Positions 58,806-64,000 of a stretch of 64,000 bases of DNA are shown here, piece by piece. Numbering within the stretch: the first letter of the stretch is position 1; each line of letters opens with the position of its first letter. The DNA comes from Acidobacteriota bacterium. GTDB taxonomy: Bacteria; Acidobacteriota; Thermoanaerobaculia; Gp7-AA8. The notes beneath the pieces are model-generated. The model saw nothing but the letters and a program-made list of their open reading frames with translations, was not told the origin of the DNA and did not search any database. The position numbers were made by a program, and so were the translations under genes. The stretch covers positions 64,001 to 128,000 of the forward strand of contig JAFATB010000012.1 in NCBI GenBank assembly GCA_019244185.1, in the 5' to 3' direction.

Positions 58806-61006
58806 GCGGCGAACATGATAGCGGCGAGGATCGCGAGCGTGGCCAGCGAGATGGCGCGCCCGCGCGTGAACGATTCGGGGAGATAGACGAGCCGCACGCG
58901 ATGGCGTCCCGAGGGAACGTAGACGCCGAGGAACGCGTGATTGGCGAAATGCGTCTGCACGCGGCGGCCGTCGACGTACGCGCGCCAGCCGCGCCATGCG
59001 GTTTCGGAGACGACGATCCACGCGGCGGACTGGAGATCCGCGTCGATGGAGAACGCGCTGCCGTCGCGATGCAGCGCGAGTGCGCCGCTGCCGTTCGCGA
59101 TCTCGTGCGGCGGATAGTCCGCTTCGATCCACGCGAGGTCCGCGAAGTCGGCGTTCTGCTGCATCGCGGGCACGACGGCGGCGGGATCGCGCTCGTAGCG
59201 GATGCGGCGCGGCAGGAACGCGCGCGGTAGCGCGTGCGGGTTGTCGAAGACGCGGTCGCCGTCGACGATCGTGCGGACGTTGAGAAACGAGAGAAACGGC
59301 CGCGTGGGATCGTCGATGCGGTTGAACCAGGCTTGTTGATACTGCGACCAGAGCGGGTAGGTGTCGTAGAGGCGGCGGTTCGTCATGGCCTCGTAGCCGC
59401 GCACGTCTTCGATTCCGTAAACGGCGGCGGTGTTCGGCAGAAGCGCGGTGCCGGTGCCGGCGACGCGCGCGTCGCGCGGGATGCGGTCGATGAGCGGCGT
59501 GCGTGGGTAGAACGCCGCGCGCGGCTGCGCCGGATAGATGCCGCCGTCTTCGCTCGCGCGCTGCAACAGCAGCAACGCGACTGCGACGAGCGCGACGCGG
59601 CGCGTGCGAAGAACGAGCAGCAGCGCGACGACGACGAGCGGCGCGAGCTCGGCGACCGCGGACTCGTTCAGCAGCGCGCGGGCGACGTGCGCGGCGAGCT
59701 GCGCGTCGCGTGTCAGCGCGTGCGCGACGCCGAGCGCGACCGCCGTCAGCAGCAGCACGAGCGCGATCGTGCGCGGGCGTTCACGGAACGCATCGACGGC
59801 GATCGCGGCGAGCATCGCCAGCGCGAAGACGGCGGCGTACGCGAGGCGTTCGTTGAGCGCCATCGAGAAGAGCGGCAGCTTGTGCAGGAGATGCGCGACC
59901 GGTCGCGTGCCGAACGTCGCGGAAAGACACGCCAGCGCGAGCAGCGCGAAGAACCACGTCTCCGCTTTGCGCGGCGCGACGGCGAGCGCCGCGAGCGCGA
60001 GCCCGAGGATGAGGCTGCCCGCGCGCGCGGACAGCGGGTCGAAGCCTTGCGCCTCGCCGCGCCACGGCACGCCGTTCCAGTGCGGGAGAAACGTACGCGC
60101 GATGCGCACGTCGCGGATCGCCGGCTTGAGCATCACCTCGTACGGCGTCGCGGCGTAGAGGTCGTGGCGGATCGCGTGCTCGAGCGTCTGCGGCAACGCC
60201 TCCGCGAGCGGCAGCAGATACACGGCCGTCAGCAGCAGCGCCGCGATTCCCGCGCCGATCGCGAGCAACAGCGCGCGCGGTTTGCGCACGCACGCGAGCT
60301 CGAACGCGCCGTAGACGGCGCCGACCGCGACGACGTGCAGCAGCGACTCCGGATGTCCGGCGACGATGACCAGCGCCAGGGCGAGCGTCAGCAGCAACGC
60401 GTCGCGCACGCGTGACTCACGGATGCCCGCGTTGCGTACGAGCGCGCGCGTGGCGAAGAGCACGAACGGGAAGAGCGCCCACGTCCGCCCGAGCGGCCAC
60501 GCGACGAAGAACGCGAGCATGCCGCAGAACGCGTAGCCCGCGGCAGCGACGAGCGAGGCGGCTTCGCCGCGGCCGAGGCTGCGCGCGAACGCGAACGTCG
60601 ACAGCGCGGCGAGGAAGAACGTGAGCGTCGCGCCGAACGTCAGCGCGAGCGTCAGCGGCAGCACGAAGCCGAGCCACTGGAACGGGTCGTACACCGCGGG
60701 CTGCGCGGCGGCGGCGAGGATGTCGCCGCAGAGGATGGACGGATTCCACAGCGGCCACTCGCCGCGCCGCAAGGCCGCGCGCACGGCGCTCTGCCACGGG
60801 ATGATCTGGCCATGGAGATCGGAGAGCGCGTGGTTGTACGAGAGATCCAGCGGCGCGTAGACGCGGTCCGTCAGCAGCGCGCGGCCGGTGAAGACGAGCG
60901 GCAACAGCAGGAGCACGATCGCGGCGCCGCGCGAGAGACGCTGCACGAACCGGCTCCAGAGCCAGAGCAGCGCGGACGCGGTAAGCCCATAAACGAGAAA
61001 CGTCAT
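58781..61006 (-). CDS. YfhO-like GT-C membrane glycosyltransferase, paralog 2
   Basis: SDLHGQIIPW, GEWPLWNP, AGHPES, EDVRGYEAM, GWRAYVDG. Confidence 0.87.
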   Translation of the reverse strand: MTFLVYGLTASALLWLWSRFVQRLSRGAAIVLLLLPLVFTGRALLTDRVYAPLDLSYNHALSDLHGQIIPWQSAVRAALRRGEWPLWNPSILCGDILAAAAQPAVYDPFQWLGFVLPLTLALTFGATLTFFLAALSTFAFARSLGRGEAASLVAAAGYAFCGMLAFFVAWPLGRTWALFPFVLFATRALVRNAGIRESRVRDALLLTLALALVIVAGHPESLLHVVAVGAVYGAFELACVRKPRALLLAIGAGIAALLLTAVYLLPLAEALPQTLEHAIRHDLYAATPYEVMLKPAIRDVRIARTFLPHWNGVPWRGEAQGFDPLSARAGSLILGLALAALAVAPRKAETWFFALLALACLSATFGTRPVAHLLHKLPLFSMALNERLAYAAVFALAMLAAIAVDAFRERPRTIALVLLLTAVALGVAHALTRDAQLAAHVARALLNESAVAELAPLVVVALLLVLRTRRVALVAVALLLLQRASEDGGIYPAQPRAAFYPRTPLIDRIPRDARVAGTGTALLPNTAAVYGIEDVRGYEAMTNRRLYDTYPLWSQYQQAWFNRIDDPTRPFLSFLNVRTIVDGDRVFDNPHALPRAFLPRRIRYERDPAAVVPAMQQNADFADLAWIEADYPPHEIANGSGALALHRDGSAFSIDADLQSAAWIVVSETAWRGWRAYVDGRRVQTHFANHAFLGVYVPSGRHRVRLVYLPESFTRGRAISLATLAILAAIMFAACRPRFST

Positions 61007-61039
61007 CGCGGGGTGCCGCGTACACTACACAACAAGTCG

Positions 61040-62161
61040 ATGGACCGCCGCAGCTTCCTCCGCTTGTGCGCTCTCGCCGGCCTCGCGCCGTCCGCCGTGT
61101 TGGCCGCCTCGCACGCGCAGCCGCGCATGCTGCAGATGAACGGCTATCCGATCAACGCGGAGACGCCGCTCGAGCTCCTCACCGACTACCTCACGCCGGC
61201 GGAGCTCTTCTTCGTCCGCAGCCACTGGCTGCCGCGCATGCCCGATCCAAAGACGTGGAAGCTCACGGTCGACGGCGACGTGGCGAAGCCGCTGACGCTC
61301 ACGCTCGCCGATCTGAAGAAGCTGCCGCGCGCGGAAGCGACGTGCGTCCTGCAGTGCTCCGGCAACGGACGCGCGCTGCACAATCCGACGCTGCCGGGCG
61401 TGCAGTGGCGCTACGGCGCGGTCGGGAACGCGCGCTGGAGCGGCGTGCGCGTGCGGACCATTCTCGAAGCCGCGAACGTGAAGCCGTCCGCGAAACACTT
61501 GCATCTCTTCAGCAGCGACGATCCTCCCGGCAAAGTGCCGCCGTTCCGCCGCAGCATCGAGCTCGAGAAAGCGCTCGCCGACGCGATCGTCGCGTTCGAG
61601 ATGAACGGCGCGCCGCTCCCGCCGCAGCACGGCGCGCCGCTGCGCCTCGTCGTGCCCGGCTGGGCCGGCGATCACTGGATGAAGTGGCTCGTGCGGATCA
61701 GCGCGCAGCCGCAGCCGCAGACCGGCTTCTACATGGACACGGCGTATCGCTGGCCAAACAACGTCGGCGCGCCGGGCGTGGCGTTCAAGCCGGAGGAGAT
61801 GCATCCGGTGACGGAGCTGTTCGTGAAGTCGAACATCACGACCGCGCCGGCATCCGCGCACGTGGGAACTCCCGTCGACATCCGCGGCTTCGCGTTCTCC
61901 GGCGTTCCCGACATCGCGAAGGTCGAGCTGAGCGATGACGACGGCGCGACGTGGCGCGCGGCGACGCTCGATCCGCGTCACGATCCGTACGCTTGGCGCT
62001 TGTGGTCGTATCGTTGGACGCCGAAGCGCACCGGTTCCGCGATGCTCTTCGTGCGCGCGACCGACATCAAAGGCAACAGCCAGCCGCGCGAGGCGATCTG
62101 GAATCAGAGCGGCTACCTCTACAACGCCTGGCATTCCGCGACCATCGAGGTGAAGGCATGA
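61040..62161 (+). CDS. Tat-exported sulfite oxidase-family molybdoenzyme (SorA/SoxC-like)
   Basis: MDRRSFLR Tat motif; FFVRSH, LQCSGNGR (Mo-Cys), GNARWSG, HGAPLRLVVPGW, WN..GY..N. Confidence 0.9.
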   Translation: MDRRSFLRLCALAGLAPSAVLAASHAQPRMLQMNGYPINAETPLELLTDYLTPAELFFVRSHWLPRMPDPKTWKLTVDGDVAKPLTLTLADLKKLPRAEATCVLQCSGNGRALHNPTLPGVQWRYGAVGNARWSGVRVRTILEAANVKPSAKHLHLFSSDDPPGKVPPFRRSIELEKALADAIVAFEMNGAPLPPQHGAPLRLVVPGWAGDHWMKWLVRISAQPQPQTGFYMDTAYRWPNNVGAPGVAFKPEEMHPVTELFVKSNITTAPASAHVGTPVDIRGFAFSGVPDIAKVELSDDDGATWRAATLDPRHDPYAWRLWSYRWTPKRTGSAMLFVRATDIKGNSQPREAIWNQSGYLYNAWHSATIEVKA

Positions 62162-62457
62162 CGTTCCTCGCGTTCCTCCTCGCCGCCCTCCCCACCCTCG
62201 GCACGCAGTTCAAGCAGCTCCCCGCCGGCAAAGGCAAGGCGCAGGTCGAGGCCGCGTGCTACGCCTGCCATTCGGCGGACCTCCTCGCGCAGCAGCGGCT
62301 CACGGCGAAGCAGTGGACGGCCACCGTCGAGAAGATGATGAAGTGGGGCGCTGCCGTGCAGCCTGCCGACAAGCAAGTCGTCATCGACTACCTCGCGAAG
62401 CACTTCGGTCCGGCGAACAAGTTCACACCGACGGCGACGAAGCCCGTCGGAAAGTGA
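62158..62457 (+). CDS. Monoheme cytochrome c (SorB-like)
   Basis: LPAGKG, CYACH, W...V.KM..WGA, YLA; ATGA coupling to the Mo subunit. Confidence 0.88.
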   Translation: MTFLAFLLAALPTLGTQFKQLPAGKGKAQVEAACYACHSADLLAQQRLTAKQWTATVEKMMKWGAAVQPADKQVVIDYLAKHFGPANKFTPTATKPVGK

Positions 62458-64000
62458 ACAGTGTCAACAAGAGGGCGAGCATCGCGATGGTGATGCCGCT
62501 GATCCACGCGCCGATGACGAACGCGCGCGGCCAGTAGGCGAGCCGCACGCTGTGCGTGCCGGCGGGAACGTAGACGCCGAGGAAAGTGTGGTTCGCGTAG
62601 CGGAGCTGCGCGCGGCGGCCGTCGATCGTGGCGCGCCAGCCGCTCCACGCCGTCTCGGAGACGACGATCCAGCCGGCGCGCTGCATCACGGCTTGGATCC
62701 GCAGCTCGCCCGCGTGCGGCACGCGCGTCGTGACGCGTCCCGGGCCGTTGGGACGTTCTTCGGGGACGCCGCCGATGCGCTCGATCCAGCTGAGCGCGCC
62801 GAAGTCGCGCGCGTGTTTCATCTGCGCCAGCGCGGCGCCCGGCGTGTTCACGAGGCGCACGCGCTGCGGCACGAACGCGCGGCCGAGGACGCGCGTGTTC
62901 TCGAACAGCTGCGCGATCGGCGGGCCGGGGACGCGGCGCCAGCCGATCGGCGGCGTGACGTCGACGGACGCGACGGCGAAGCGCACGTTCATCGCGGAGA
63001 GGAACGGGTTCGTCAGGTCGTCGACGCGATTCCACCAGATGCCCTGCGGCGTCGACCAGAGCGGAATCGTCTCCTTCATGCGCCGCAGCGTCATCGCCTC
63101 GTAGCCGCGCACGTCCTCGAGGTCGTACATCGTGGCGAGGTTCGGCACGAGCGTCATCGAGAGGCCCGTGACGCGATACGGCTCGGCGCTTGGCGGGAAG
63201 AGCTTGAAGAAGCCGACGCGCGGGTAGAAGAGATCGGGATGCACGGACGGATAGGTGCCGCCGTCCTCGATCGTGCGTTGCGCGACGAGCGTGGCCAGCA
63301 GCAGCGCGCAGGCGAGCTGGCGCGAGCGCGCGGAGAAGCTGATCATCGCCACGAGCAGCGGCGCGCCGATGAAGACGATCGTCTGCTGCACGAGGAAGCG
63401 TTCCGACAGTCCCATCGCGCGCATGCGCGGCCACGCATTCGCGCAGAGTGCGCCGAGAATCGCGGCGGTGACGAGCGCGGTGACCGCAAGCGCGCGGCGG
63501 TCGAACGCCTCGACGCCGAGCGCGGCGAGAATCGCGGTGCCGAGAATCGCCGCGGCAATCAGCCGATCATTGAGCGCGATGTCGAACAGCGGCAGCTTCG
63601 CGAGCAGATCGGGGAACGGCGGGAACTGGACGCCGAACGCGAGTCCGCCCACGACCAGCGCGAGCGCGACCCACTTCACCCGCGCCCGCGAACGCCACGC
63701 GCCGAACGCCGCGAGTGCGACCGCGGCGCTGCCGCAGTAGCCGCTGCGCGGTTGCGGCGCGAACGGCATGTTCTGCTCCGGCCACTCCGAGCTGTGCGGC
63801 TGGCCGTGGATGAACGGGATCGCCTGCGCTTCGAGCTGCTTCACGGCGAGCGGCAGTGGCGCGGACTTGTGCAGCTTCGCGTAGTACGCCGCGCGCATCG
63901 AATGCTCGTAGGTCTGCGGCAGCGCGTCTACGATCGGTAGAAAGTAGACCGCGCAAATCAGCAGCGACACGACGCCCGCCGCGCCGCCGAGAAGCGCCGC
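62423..64000 (-). CDS. YfhO-like GT-C membrane glycosyltransferase, paralog 3 (5' end beyond window)
   Basis: LPQTYE, LPLFDIALNDRL, EDVRGYEAM, ETAWSGWRATIDG, ANHTFLG. Confidence 0.85.
   Translation of the reverse strand, partial: AALLGGAAGVVSLLICAVYFLPIVDALPQTYEHSMRAAYYAKLHKSAPLPLAVKQLEAQAIPFIHGQPHSSEWPEQNMPFAPQPRSGYCGSAAVALAAFGAWRSRARVKWVALALVVGGLAFGVQFPPFPDLLAKLPLFDIALNDRLIAAAILGTAILAALGVEAFDRRALAVTALVTAAILGALCANAWPRMRAMGLSERFLVQQTIVFIGAPLLVAMISFSARSRQLACALLLATLVAQRTIEDGGTYPSVHPDLFYPRVGFFKLFPPSAEPYRVTGLSMTLVPNLATMYDLEDVRGYEAMTLRRMKETIPLWSTPQGIWWNRVDDLTNPFLSAMNVRFAVASVDVTPPIGWRRVPGPPIAQLFENTRVLGRAFVPQRVRLVNTPGAALAQMKHARDFGALSWIERIGGVPEERPNGPGRVTTRVPHAGELRIQAVMQRAGWIVVSETAWSGWRATIDGRRAQLRYANHTFLGVYVPAGTHSVRLAYWPRAFVIGAWISGITIAMLALLLTLFTFRRASSPSV

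Noticed and set aside
45632-62457. Convergent 3' overlaps of 19-77 nt as an antisense regulatory system
   Set aside because: Common in compact high-GC genomes where stop codons are rare; no further support.

Overview
High-GC (roughly 70% by eye), densely coding bacterial chromosomal segment. Gene content suggests Acidobacteriota, possibly Thermoanaerobaculia; this is inference, not a database result. About 65 CDSs and one tRNA-Gln(CTG) are present. No integrase, transposase, phage genes, CRISPR array or rRNA were seen. Blocks in order: folE, acyl-CoA dehydrogenase and an M49 lipoprotein peptidase; a Zn-ribbon-FHA / wzm / wzt operon; slipin; bfd-bfr with a perfect 7-1-7 box; a Ser/Thr kinase; MBL-rhodanese; a Spy-MacAB operon opposite a LytS/LytTR pair; tandem aspartyl proteases; a CHASE2 kinase / sigma54 regulator / FecR-domain module; a secreted protein with an apparently circularly permuted lamin-tail domain; a LecA-like lectin; a regulator-rich accessory stretch (ArsR-SRPBCC-DoxX, two AraC, ECF sigma, two DUF4386, diguanylate cyclase); tRNA-Gln; two paralogous PilZ proteins sharing an unnamed C-terminal domain around an orphan GAF histidine kinase; slt, mtgA, cutA; and three YfhO-like GT-C glycosyltransferases interrupted by a SorAB-like pair. 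Three single-base frameshifts (about 23268, 41915, 47278) probably reflect assembly indels. No single unmistakable novel system stands out. The best candidates are the PilZ-X / kinase / PilZ-X locus, the YfhO array, the FHA-wzm-wzt operon, the permuted LTD and the heptamer-built intergenic hairpins. All family assignments come from motif recognition by eye.
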